A stretch of 24,000 nt of DNA from Scandinavium lactucae (GCF_033843265.1 NZ_JAWXRD010000001.1:176099-200098), one strand, 5' to 3'; positions 7,852-17,318 are shown, counted from the stretch's first letter. Notes: generated from the letters alone by a model not told the origin. Numbers and translations: made by a program.

Positions 7852-8925
7852 GTGGGACAGCGAATTCCGGTAACGCTTGGCAATATAGCGCCACTCGCGG
7901 CCAACCCCTTTCTACCAGGCAAGCTTGCGCTGGTGTGCGAAGGTGGGGGTCAACGCGGTATTTTCACAGCAGGGGTGCTGGACGAGTTCATGCGCGCACG
8001 ATTTAACCCCTTTGATCTCTATTTCGGCACCTCTGCCGGGGCGCAAAACCTGTCGGCGTATGTCTGTAATCAGCCGGGCTATGCCCGAAAAGTCATTACC
8101 CGCTACACCACTTCCCGCGAATTTTTCGATCCGATGCGCTTCGTGCGCGGTGGAAACCTTATCGATCTGGACTGGCTGGTGGAGTCGACGGCGAGCAAAA
8201 TGCCGCTGGCGATGGACATTGCGGCCCGTGAATTTGACGTCGGCAAAGCGTTCTATATGTGTGCCTCTCGTGCCGACGACTACTCCCCTGGCTATTTCTC
8301 ACCGACGCGTGACACCTGGATGGATCAAATCCGTGCCTCCAGCGCGATCCCGGGTTTTTATCGTCCGGGCGTGACGCTCGATGGATTTAACTGGCTGGAC
8401 GGCGGCGTGAGTGACGCCATTCCGGTTCAGGAAGCGGTCAAACGCGGCGGCAACACTATTGTGGTGATCCGCACTGTGCCGTCGCAGATGTATTACACCC
8501 CACAGTGGTTTAAGCGTATGGAGCGCTGGCTGGGGGAAAGCAGTCTGCAACCGTTTGTGAATCTGGTTCAGCATCATGAGAAGACCTACCACGCCATTCA
8601 GCAATACATCGAAAAACCGCCGGGGAAAGTGCGGATCCTTGAGATTTATCCACCTAAGCCGTTGAAAAGCATGGCGCTGGGTAGCCGCCTACCTGCGTTA
8701 CTGGAAGACTACAACGTTGGCCGCCAGTGCGGACGTTACTTCCTGGCGACGATGGGTAAAATGTTGGCAGAGAAGCCGCCGCTGCACCGTTACAAAACCC
8801 GGGTGGCGATGCCTGCCCCGTTGGTCGTGCCGCCTGCGGTGGTCGCCAACGATGTGCATAGCGCAACGCTGGTCGATGCGCCTCAGGCCAATGATGCCAA
8901 CTTTGATAACGAGGGACTGGCGTGA
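7852..8925 (+). CDS. yjjU: Patatin-like phospholipase family protein YjjU
   Basis: GTG start, 357 aa. It has GGGQRG (nt 7942-7959), the nucleophile elbow GTSAG (nt 8026-8040) and the later LDGGVSD catalytic-Asp motif. It is collinear with E. coli YjjU. Confidence 0.9.
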   Translation: MGQRIPVTLGNIAPLAANPFLPGKLALVCEGGGQRGIFTAGVLDEFMRARFNPFDLYFGTSAGAQNLSAYVCNQPGYARKVITRYTTSREFFDPMRFVRGGNLIDLDWLVESTASKMPLAMDIAAREFDVGKAFYMCASRADDYSPGYFSPTRDTWMDQIRASSAIPGFYRPGVTLDGFNWLDGGVSDAIPVQEAVKRGGNTIVVIRTVPSQMYYTPQWFKRMERWLGESSLQPFVNLVQHHEKTYHAIQQYIEKPPGKVRILEIYPPKPLKSMALGSRLPALLEDYNVGRQCGRYFLATMGKMLAEKPPLHRYKTRVAMPAPLVVPPAVVANDVHSATLVDAPQANDANFDNEGLA

Positions 8926-9701
8926 GTTATCACTTCACCGACACCCACTGCCATTTTGATTTTCCGCCGTTTGTGGATGACCTTGAAAACAGTCTGACGC
9001 GCGCGGCGCAGGCGGGGGTGACCAGAATAATTATCCCGGCGATCGACGCTTCACGCTTTGAGCTTGTGCTGGCACTGGCTGCCGCGCATTCCCCGCTGTA
9101 TGCCGCCCTGGGCCTGCATCCGATTGTGATTGAAAAGCATAATGAACACAGCCTGGCACAGCTCGCGGCCCTGCTGGCGCGCAAGCCTAAGAAACTGGTG
9201 GCGGTAGGGGAGATAGGGCTCGATCTCTATCGAGAGGATCCGCAGTTCGACCAACAACAGGCGTTGCTTGATGAACAACTCAAACTCGCCAAACGTTACG
9301 ATCTGCCGGTGATCCTGCATTCACGTCGGACGCATGACATATTGGCGCAGCACCTCAAACGGCATAATCTGCCGCGCACCGGGGTGGTTCATGGTTTTGC
9401 CGGGAGCCTGCAACAGGCGGAGCGATTCATTCAGCTCGGTTATAAAATTGGCGTCGGCGGGACCATTACCTATCCACGGGCAAGCAAAACCCGCGATGTC
9501 ATGGCACGCTTACCGCTCTCAGCCTTACTGCTGGAAACGGATGCGCCTGATATGCCGCTGAACGGTTTTCAGGGACAACCTAACCGTCCTGAACAGGCGG
9601 CCCGTGTTTTCGAATCCTTGTGCGAACTGCGTTCCGAATCGCCTGCTGAAATTGCTGATACGTTAGCTTATAACACCCAAAAATTATTCTTAACCTCATA
9701 A
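8922..9701 (+). CDS. yjjV: TatD-family metal-dependent hydrolase/DNase YjjV
   Basis: GTG 8922 overlaps the yjjU stop (GTGA), with GAGGG 6 nt upstream. 259 aa, with DTHCHFDF, VGEIGLD, VILHSR, HGF and ETDAP motifs. Confidence 0.9.
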   Translation: MSYHFTDTHCHFDFPPFVDDLENSLTRAAQAGVTRIIIPAIDASRFELVLALAAAHSPLYAALGLHPIVIEKHNEHSLAQLAALLARKPKKLVAVGEIGLDLYREDPQFDQQQALLDEQLKLAKRYDLPVILHSRRTHDILAQHLKRHNLPRTGVVHGFAGSLQQAERFIQLGYKIGVGGTITYPRASKTRDVMARLPLSALLLETDAPDMPLNGFQGQPNRPEQAARVFESLCELRSESPAEIADTLAYNTQKLFLTS

Positions 9702-9715
9702 TTAGCCTCCCTGTA

Positions 9716-9756
9716 AGTGACGTAGATCTCATTCTTTAGCATTCGATTCATATAAT
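9716..9756 (+). promoter_or_regulatory. Candidate CRP-dependent (class II-like) promoter for the nucleoside transporter gene
   Basis: AGTGA-CGTAGA-TCTCA (9716-9731) and a perfect TATAAT (9751-9756). The CRP-site centre falls about 39.5-40.5 bp upstream of the predicted start. The half-sites are identical to the distal CRP-like site upstream of deoC (13617-13632). Confidence 0.4.
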
Positions 9757-9871
9757 TGCCGGAATTGTGTGAGCCAGACGCACAGAATAGTCACGGATCG
9801 TTATAATCGGCCCGCTCGAATGGGATTTATCCCCCTTTCACCTTTTGACTTTCAATACACAGGGACTCTGT

Positions 9872-11149
9872 ATGCAAATCCTCATGGGACTGATCGGCAT
9901 GGTGGTACTGATTGCCATCGCCGTGCTGCTTTCCAGTAACCGCCGTGCCATCAACCTGCGTACCGTGCTTGGCGCATGGATGATTCAGGTCGCCATCGGG
10001 GCGCTGATCCTTTATGTTCCTGCTGGCCGCAAAGTGCTGCTGGCGATGTCCGAGGGCGTCGCAAACGTTATCGCCTATGGCAACGAAGGGATCGGCTTTC
10101 TGTTCGGTGGCCTGGTTTCCGATAAAATGTTCGAACTCTTTGGCGGCGGTGGCTTTATCTTTGCCCTGCGCGTGCTGCCGGTCATCGTCTTCTTCTCCTC
10201 GCTGATTGCGGTGCTCTATTACCTCGGTATCATGCAGTTCGTGATCCGTATTCTGGGCGGCGGTCTGCGGGCCTTGCTGAAAACCTCTCGTACCGAATCG
10301 CTGTCGGCTACTGCGAATATTTTCGTCGGTCAAACCGAAGCGCCGCTGGTGGTGCGCCCGTACATTGCGACCATGACCCGCTCTGAGTTGTTTGCGGTGA
10401 TGTGTGGTGGCCTGGCGTCGGTGGCCGGTTCTGTACTGGCGGGTTATGCGCAGATGGGCGTTCCGCTGGAATACCTGATTGCCGCGTCCTTCATGGCCGC
10501 ACCGGGTGGTCTGCTGTTCGCGAAAATCATGCTGCCGGAAACCGAAATCCCGAATGATTCACCGGAGCTGGAAGCTCAGATGCCGGATGCTGACCGTCCG
10601 TCTAACGTGCTGGATGCTGCCGCATCGGGTGCGGCGTCCGGGATGCAGCTGGCGCTGAACGTCGGGGCAATGTTGCTGGCCTTCGTGGCGCTGATTGCAC
10701 TGCTGAACGGCATTCTCTCCGGGATTGGCGGCTGGTTTGACTATCCGCAGCTGTCGATGCAGCTGATCCTCGGCTGGGTATTCTCCCCGCTGGCGTGGGT
10801 CATTGGCGTGCCGTGGAGTGAGGCAACGGTGGCTGGGTCATTCATCGGCCAGAAGCTGATCATCAACGAGTTCGTGGCCTACATGAACTTCGGCGAATAT
10901 CTGAAGGACGATGCCGTGGTCGCGGCGGCTGGCTTACAAGTGATTTCTGACCACACCAAAGCCATTATCTCGTTTGCCCTGTGCGGTTTTGCCAACCTGT
11001 CGTCGATTGCAATCCTGATTGGTGGTCTGGGCAGCCTGGCACCAACCCGTCGCCAGGACATCGCCCAGCTGGGCCTGAAAGCCGTGGCGGCCGGGACGCT
11101 CTCGAACCTGATGAGCGCCACCATTGCCGGGGTATTCCTCGCGCTCTGA
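9872..11149 (+). CDS. Concentrative nucleoside transporter (CNT; NupC/NupX/PsuT family) nucleoside:H+ symporter
   Basis: The ORF track starts at TTG 9845. I prefer ATG 9872 ([32 protein letters not shown]...), with AGGGA 6 nt upstream, giving 425 aa. It is polytopic and has family-typical blocks: [48 protein letters not shown] and [13 protein letters not shown]. Confidence 0.9.
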   Translation: MQILMGLIGMVVLIAIAVLLSSNRRAINLRTVLGAWMIQVAIGALILYVPAGRKVLLAMSEGVANVIAYGNEGIGFLFGGLVSDKMFELFGGGGFIFALRVLPVIVFFSSLIAVLYYLGIMQFVIRILGGGLRALLKTSRTESLSATANIFVGQTEAPLVVRPYIATMTRSELFAVMCGGLASVAGSVLAGYAQMGVPLEYLIAASFMAAPGGLLFAKIMLPETEIPNDSPELEAQMPDADRPSNVLDAAASGAASGMQLALNVGAMLLAFVALIALLNGILSGIGGWFDYPQLSMQLILGWVFSPLAWVIGVPWSEATVAGSFIGQKLIINEFVAYMNFGEYLKDDAVVAAAGLQVISDHTKAIISFALCGFANLSSIAILIGGLGSLAPTRRQDIAQLGLKAVAAGTLSNLMSATIAGVFLAL

Positions 11150-11150
11150 T

Positions 11151-12014
11151 CTACAAATAAAGCGCCGGGAGGATAATCTCTGATATTCCCCGGTCGTTCA
11201 GCGCCTGTGCCAGTGGCTCCACGTCCTGCGCACCGGCGCTGCGCCAGGTTTGCGCTTCCCCGTATACGCCGTGCGCATGAAAGGCGTTCAGCCTCAGCGG
11301 CACATCCCCTAATGAACGAATAAATTCACTCAGCGGCCCAATGGCCTGCAAATAATCCGTTTGCCCTGGAATCACCAGCAGGCGTAACTCCGCCAGCATT
11401 CGCTTCTCCGCCAGCCAGCGAATACTCGCTTTGATTCGCGCGTTGCTCCGCCCGGTGAGCGCCAGATGCACCTCGTCATCCCACGCTTTCAAATCCACCA
11501 TCACCCCATCACAGACGGGCCGTAACTTCTCCCAGCCGTTAATACCCAGCTCGCCGTTGCTGTCGACCAGACAGGTCAGATGCTTCAGGGCAGGCGTGGC
11601 GTTAAGCTGGCTGAACAATTCAACGATAAACGGTAGCTGGGTGGTAGCTTCCCCGCCGCTGACGGTAATGCCTTCGATAAACGGCGCGGCGCGCGTTACC
11701 TGCTGTAGCACCTCGTCGACCGTCAGCGTCCGCGTCATCGGCGTAGCCTGCTGGGGGCAGAGTTTCAGGCAGGTATCGCACTGCTGACACACCGCTTCCT
11801 GCCAGATAACCTGCCCGTTTAGCACTGAAAGCGCGCCGTGCGGACAGGACGAGACGCACTCGCCGCAGTCGTTACAGTGCCCGATAGTCCACGGGTTGTG
11901 GCAGTTTTTACAACGCAGATTGCAGCCCTGTAAAAACAGCGTCAGACGGCTGCCAGGGCCGTCGACGCAGGAGAACGGAATGATATTACTGACTAAAGCG
12001 CATCTGCTGCTCAT
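11151..12014 (-). CDS. yjjW: Glycyl-radical enzyme activating protein (radical SAM) YjjW
   Basis: The true start is ATG 12014 ([21 protein letters not shown]...), 287 aa. It has the radical-SAM motif [10 protein letters not shown] plus two ferredoxin-like clusters, [12 protein letters not shown] and [12 protein letters not shown]. It overlaps the yjjI 3' end by 29 nt. Confidence 0.9.
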   Translation of the reverse strand: MSSRCALVSNIIPFSCVDGPGSRLTLFLQGCNLRCKNCHNPWTIGHCNDCGECVSSCPHGALSVLNGQVIWQEAVCQQCDTCLKLCPQQATPMTRTLTVDEVLQQVTRAAPFIEGITVSGGEATTQLPFIVELFSQLNATPALKHLTCLVDSNGELGINGWEKLRPVCDGVMVDLKAWDDEVHLALTGRSNARIKASIRWLAEKRMLAELRLLVIPGQTDYLQAIGPLSEFIRSLGDVPLRLNAFHAHGVYGEAQTWRSAGAQDVEPLAQALNDRGISEIILPALYL

Positions 12015-13524
12015 GGCTGATGACTCTCGGCTGTCGTTCCAGAATGCGGGTGTTGCGCGCGGCTTCTTCGCCCAGCCACGTGGTATTGGTGCGCGAGCCT
12101 TCCGCGCGGAATTTTTCCAGCTCGGATAAGCGCACCATATAGCCGGTGACACGAACCAAATCGTTGCCGCTGACGTTAGCCGAAAACTCACGCATTCCGG
12201 CGTTAAACGCACCCAGGCACAGCTGCATAACCGCCTGTGGATTGCGTTTGATGGTTTCGTCCAGGGTCAGAATGTCGCTGATCCCGGCAGGATAAAAGGC
12301 GTGATGCGGGGCGACGGTCAGCAGGTGGCTGACCGGATCCGGCTCGCTGCCATAAGGAATGCGTGCCCCCGGCGTGGTGCCGCTATCGGAACTGATACCC
12401 GACTGTGCATGCAGCAGTGCGCGCTGCTTCCAGCCATACTTCACTGGCGTATTTTCTACAAACGCTGCCAGCTGCGCACTGATGCGCCAGCCGAGCTCAT
12501 TGGCTTCATCATGCTGACCATAGCGCGCCGGGCTGCCCGCTTTTTCACACAGCACATTCACCGCCTCGGCAAGGCCGTACATACCAAACATCGGCGTAAA
12601 TCGCTGCGGATCAATCAACCCTTCGGCTACCAGGAAGCTATTCTCAAAGAAGTGCGATTGTTGATAGAGGAACGCACAGCGAGCATCAATGATGCTGGTC
12701 TGCTGCTGGCAATAGTGCGGCAGGACGCGGGAAAGGAAGTCTTCCGTCGATGCGCTACGCAGCGCGATTTCTTTCAGATTGAGGCGAACAAGGGTGCTGC
12801 CGCCGCCCGCCAGCGGCAGTGAGTTGTAACAACTGACCACCCCATACTGTCCTTTTGTGAAAATTTTATCATTTACAGGGCCGTTGGCGATGTGCGGTTT
12901 ACTGCATTCGCAGATGTTTTTGCTGACCTCAAGCAGTAAATCATCCGGCGTAATTTCCGGGTCGTAGATAAAGGTCAGGTTCGGCGCAACCTGCTTTAAC
13001 TCAGCATCGGCCCGTAAAATGGCGCGCGTCACCGGCGTATCTTCCGGGCCGATATTGACATGGGTAAACGCATCCGGCAGGGTGCGGTCGAGATAGCGCC
13101 AGAAACGTTTTATGCGGATATCGATTTCTTCTTGTGTTAGAATTTTAACATAAGGCGAAAGGATCGTATCCAGGTGCCCAAGGTAAACCGGCATCGAGGT
13201 CACCGAAGGCACGTGATGATAGAGAATAGTGAGTAACGACAGCGCGTCATCCAGGTCTTTCGCCCCTTCAAGCTCCAGCCATTGCGATCCATTGGCGAGG
13301 AAGCGGGCGTAGTCCGGTAGGACGTAACGCGGTTTGAACGGCGCATGGCCTTCAAACATGTCGCAGATAACGCCGTCATTCAGCGCCGCCTGGGCATCCG
13401 CTGGCAGGTCGGGATAGGGTAAAGCGTTTTCTGCTTCAAGGGCCAGGAAGTGACGTTTTTGCTCGGGGCTTAGCGTTTTGCTTGTCACAATATTCTGGCA
13501 ACGTTGCTCAAAAGAGTCAGACAT
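11986..13524 (-). CDS. yjjI: Putative glycyl-radical enzyme of unknown substrate, YjjI (DUF3029-type)
   Basis: 512 aa, with GAGGA before the ATG at 13524. The C-terminal glycyl-radical fingerprint RVTGY is encoded by nt 12139-12153 (minus strand). It is followed directly by its activase gene. Confidence 0.9.
   Translation of the reverse strand: MSDSFEQRCQNIVTSKTLSPEQKRHFLALEAENALPYPDLPADAQAALNDGVICDMFEGHAPFKPRYVLPDYARFLANGSQWLELEGAKDLDDALSLLTILYHHVPSVTSMPVYLGHLDTILSPYVKILTQEEIDIRIKRFWRYLDRTLPDAFTHVNIGPEDTPVTRAILRADAELKQVAPNLTFIYDPEITPDDLLLEVSKNICECSKPHIANGPVNDKIFTKGQYGVVSCYNSLPLAGGGSTLVRLNLKEIALRSASTEDFLSRVLPHYCQQQTSIIDARCAFLYQQSHFFENSFLVAEGLIDPQRFTPMFGMYGLAEAVNVLCEKAGSPARYGQHDEANELGWRISAQLAAFVENTPVKYGWKQRALLHAQSGISSDSGTTPGARIPYGSEPDPVSHLLTVAPHHAFYPAGISDILTLDETIKRNPQAVMQLCLGAFNAGMREFSANVSGNDLVRVTGYMVRLSELEKFRAEGSRTNTTWLGEEAARNTRILERQPRVISHEQQMRFSQ
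12856..12871 (+). promoter_or_regulatory. DeoR operator-like palindrome (O_E-like), inside the yjjI CDS
   Basis: TGTGAAAATTTTATCA matches TGTTAGAATTCTAACA at 12/16. It lies exactly 279 bp upstream of the O1-like site, which is the O_E-O1 spacing I recall for E. coli deo. Confidence 0.5.
13135..13150 (+). promoter_or_regulatory. DeoR operator O1-like plus deoP1-like -10, inside the yjjI CDS
   Basis: TGTTAGAATTTTAACA matches the 16-bp DeoR palindrome TGTTAGAATTCTAACA at 15/16. It contains TAGAAT (13138-13143). No good -35 is visible. On the opposite strand it encodes YjjI residues VKILT. Confidence 0.65.
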
Positions 13525-13616
13525 AGAAGTTCCTCAGACGCGTTGACGATGAGGACAGTGTAGAGAAAAGCGCCAGCGGGACTTTTGATCCAACCTCCCA
13601 CACTGACGCTTTAAAG

Positions 13617-13632
13617 AGTGATAGAGCTCTCA
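13617..13632 (+). promoter_or_regulatory. Distal CRP-like site of a deoP2-type promoter
   Basis: AGTGA-TAGAGC-TCTCA. Its centre is 53 bp upstream of the proximal CRP site, matching the -93.5/-40.5 arrangement described for E. coli deoP2. Confidence 0.5.
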
Positions 13633-13640
13633 TTACAGTC

Positions 13641-13654
13641 ATGCAAATTTGCAT
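13641..13654 (+). promoter_or_regulatory. Perfect 14-bp palindrome ATGCAAATTTGCAT, a CytR-operator candidate
   Basis: It lies between the two CRP-like sites and contains inverted TGCAA/TTGCA motifs, as in CytR recognition octamers (GTTGCATT-type). Confidence 0.5.
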
Positions 13655-13669
13655 ACGCGTTTCATTAAC

Positions 13670-13685
13670 TGTGATGAGGATCGAA
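13670..13685 (+). promoter_or_regulatory. Proximal CRP site of a deoP2-type promoter
   Basis: TGTGA-TGAGGA-TCGAA. Its centre is about -40.5 relative to a start predicted from the TAAAAT -10 at 13706-13711. It is near-identical to the E. coli deoP2 sequence TGTGATGTGTATCGAAG as I recall it. Confidence 0.6.
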
Positions 13686-13702
13686 GTGTAACCGTGGGTC
13701 GG

Positions 13703-13718
13703 TGTTAAAATAGTCACA
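13703..13718 (+). promoter_or_regulatory. DeoR operator O2-like overlapping the deoP2 -10
   Basis: TGTTAAAATAGTCACA matches the ideal palindrome at 12/16 and the E. coli O2 TGTTAGAATACTAACA, as recalled, at 13/16. It contains TAAAAT (13706-13711) and lies 35 nt upstream of the deoC ATG. Confidence 0.6.
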
Positions 13719-13752
13719 GACCCGCAAGGTAAAATTAAACACCGGAGATAAC

Positions 13753-14532
13753 ATGACCGATTTAACTGCAAGCAGCCTGCGCGCGTTAAAATTAATGGAC
13801 CTGACCACCCTGAACGATGATGACACCGATGCGAAAGTCATTGCCCTGTGCCACCAGGCGAAAACCCCGGTGGGCAATACCGCGGCAATCTGCATTTATC
13901 CACGTTTCATCCCTATCGCGCGTAAAACCCTGAATGCACAGGGCACGCCGGATGTGCGTATCGCCACCGTTACCAACTTCCCGCACGGCAACGATGACAT
14001 CGATATCGCGCTGGCGGAAACCCGGGCGGCTATCGCTTACGGTGCAGATGAAGTGGACGTAGTCTTCCCGTATCGCGCGCTGATCGCCGGTAACGAGCAG
14101 GTCGGTTTTGATCTGGTGAAAGCGTGTAAAGACGCCTGCGCCGCCGCGAACGTGCTGCTGAAAGTGATCATCGAAACCGGCGAGCTGAAAGAAGAGCGGC
14201 TTATTCGTAAAGCATCTGAAATCTCTATCAACGCCGGGGCTGATTTCATCAAAACCTCTACCGGTAAAGTGCCAGTGAATGCCACCCCGGAAAGCGCACG
14301 GATCATGATGGAAGTTATTCGTGATATGGGCGTTGAAAAAACCGTCGGCTTTAAGCCAGCGGGCGGCGTACGTACTGCGGAAGATGCACAAACCTTCCTG
14401 GCGATTGCCGATGATCTGTTCGGTGCCGACTGGGCTGACGCCCGTCACTACCGTTTCGGCGCATCCAGCCTGCTCGCGAGCCTGCTGAAAGCCCTGGGCC
14501 ATGGCGACGGCAAGAGCGCCAGCAGCTACTGA
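13753..14532 (+). CDS. deoC: Deoxyribose-phosphate aldolase
   Basis: 259 aa, with GGAG upstream. [26 protein letters not shown]...FIKTSTGK (Schiff-base Lys region) is collinear with E. coli DeoC. Confidence 0.97.
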   Translation: MTDLTASSLRALKLMDLTTLNDDDTDAKVIALCHQAKTPVGNTAAICIYPRFIPIARKTLNAQGTPDVRIATVTNFPHGNDDIDIALAETRAAIAYGADEVDVVFPYRALIAGNEQVGFDLVKACKDACAAANVLLKVIIETGELKEERLIRKASEISINAGADFIKTSTGKVPVNATPESARIMMEVIRDMGVEKTVGFKPAGGVRTAEDAQTFLAIADDLFGADWADARHYRFGASSLLASLLKALGHGDGKSASSY

Positions 14533-14660
14533 TTACTCGTCATACTTTGAGCCGCAGGTGCGTTGGCTGCACTCTCTCACCCCAGTCACTTACTCCTGTA
14601 AGCTTCTGGGGATTCGATCCCTTGCCGCCTTCCTGCAACTCGAATTATGTAGAGTAATAT
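14532..14660. repeat. ERIC / IRU (enterobacterial repetitive intergenic consensus) element
   Basis: The core reads CTCACCCCAGTCACTTACTCCTGTAAGCTTCTGGGGATTC. This is the reverse complement of the classic ERIC core (ERIC2 AAGTAAGTGACTGGGGTGAGCG and ERIC1R ATGTAAGCTCCTGGGGATTCAC regions). The imperfect terminal inverted repeats are ATTACTCGTCATACTTTGAG and CTCGAATTATGTAGAGTAAT. Confidence 0.85.
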
Positions 14661-14714
14661 TTCTTCGCGGTGGGTTAACCGCCGCATTCAACCCGATTCC
14701 TCATGGGGGTTACC

Positions 14715-16037
14715 GTGTTTCTCGCACAAGAAATTATTCGTAAAAAACGCGATGGTCACGCGCTGAGTGACGAAGAGATCCGTTTCTTCATCAATGGTAT
14801 TCGTGATAACACCGTGTCGGAAGGGCAGATTGCCGCCCTGGCGATGACCATTTTCTTCCACGATATGGCTATTGAGGAGCGTGTCTCGCTGACCATGGCG
14901 ATGCGGGATTCAGGCACGGTACTCGACTGGAAAAGCCTTAATCTGAATGGCCCGATTGTGGATAAGCACTCCACTGGCGGCGTGGGTGATGTGACCTCGC
15001 TGATGCTTGGCCCAATGGTGGCGGCCTGCGGCGGATACATTCCGATGATCTCCGGGCGTGGCCTGGGGCATACCGGCGGGACACTCGACAAACTGGAAGC
15101 GATCCCGGGGTTCGATATCTTCCCGGACGACAACCGTTTCCGCGAAATTATTAAAGACGTTGGCGTGGCGATCATCGGGCAGACCAGCTCCCTCGCGCCA
15201 GCGGACAAACGTTTTTACGCCACGCGCGACATCACTGCCACCGTCGATTCTATTCCGCTGATCACCGCTTCGATTCTGGCGAAGAAACTGGCTGAAGGGC
15301 TGGACGCGCTGGTCATGGACGTAAAAGTGGGCAGCGGCGCATTTATGCCGACCTATGAACTCTCAGCGGCACTGGCCGAGGCCATTGTTGGCGTGTCTAA
15401 CGGCGCAGGCGTACGAACCACCGCCCTGCTGACCGACATGAACCAGGTGCTGGCGTCCAGCGCCGGGAATGCGGTTGAAGTCCGCGAAGCCGTACAGTTC
15501 CTGACCGGTGAATACCGTAACCCGCGTCTGTTCGAGGTGACCATGGCGCTGTGCGTGGAAATGCTCATTTCCGGCCGTCTGGCGAAAGACGAAGCCGATG
15601 CCCGCGCCAAACTGCAGGCGGGGCTGGACAGCGGTAAAGCCGCGGAGATCTTCGGTCGTATGGTTGCGGCGCAAAAAGGCCCGACCGATTTCGTTGAGAA
15701 CTACGCGAAATACCTGCCAACGGCGATGCTCAGCAAAGCGGTCTATGCCGATACCGAAGGCTTTGTCTCCATGATGGACACCCGCGCATTAGGCATGGCG
15801 GTGGTGTCGATGGGCGGCGGACGTCGTCAGGCTTCTGATGCGTTGGATTACAGCGTCGGCTTCACCGACATGGCCCGTCTGGGCGACAGCATTGACGGAC
15901 AGCGTCCGCTGGCCGTCATCCACGCCAAAGACGAAGCGAGCTGGCAAGAAGCCGCGAAAGCGGTGAAAGCGGCAATTAAACTGGACGACGTCGCACCGAA
16001 AGAAACACCAACGGTCTATCGTCGAATCACGCAATAG
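14715..16037 (+). CDS. deoA: Thymidine phosphorylase
   Basis: The ORF track starts at ATG 14703. I prefer GTG 14715 ([28 protein letters not shown]...), which gives the 440 aa of E. coli DeoA. Either start is possible. It has the KHSTGGVGD motif. Confidence 0.95.
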   Translation: MFLAQEIIRKKRDGHALSDEEIRFFINGIRDNTVSEGQIAALAMTIFFHDMAIEERVSLTMAMRDSGTVLDWKSLNLNGPIVDKHSTGGVGDVTSLMLGPMVAACGGYIPMISGRGLGHTGGTLDKLEAIPGFDIFPDDNRFREIIKDVGVAIIGQTSSLAPADKRFYATRDITATVDSIPLITASILAKKLAEGLDALVMDVKVGSGAFMPTYELSAALAEAIVGVSNGAGVRTTALLTDMNQVLASSAGNAVEVREAVQFLTGEYRNPRLFEVTMALCVEMLISGRLAKDEADARAKLQAGLDSGKAAEIFGRMVAAQKGPTDFVENYAKYLPTAMLSKAVYADTEGFVSMMDTRALGMAVVSMGGGRRQASDALDYSVGFTDMARLGDSIDGQRPLAVIHAKDEASWQEAAKAVKAAIKLDDVAPKETPTVYRRITQ

Positions 16038-17312
<1,275 letters not shown>

Positions 17313-17318
17313 TGGGAT

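Noticed and set aside
7852-8925. Patatin-like YjjU as a CBASS-type defence effector
   Set aside because: No cyclase, sensor or other defence gene is adjacent. The gene sits in a conserved housekeeping context with no mobility or compositional signal. I kept it only as a low-key unknown-function finding.
11165-11193. Imperfect hairpin CCGGGAGGATA...TATTCCCCGG just inside the yjjW 3' end, as a possible terminator for the convergent transporter gene
   Set aside because: The stem needs a bulge and no T-run follows it. It lies in coding sequence, and I cannot distinguish it from chance.
13525-13616. FNR site or clear promoter for yjjI (TTGGATCAA region near 13583-13595; TACACT -10 on the minus strand)
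   Set aside because: Only one half-site (ATCAA) is present, the partner half does not match TTGAT at the required 4-nt spacing, and no acceptable -35 accompanies the -10. I cannot support a call.
14501-14743. 80-aa ORF across the deoC-deoA spacer
   Set aside because: It is composed almost entirely of the ERIC element sequence and overlaps both the deoC end and the deoA start, so it is an artefact of the repeat.
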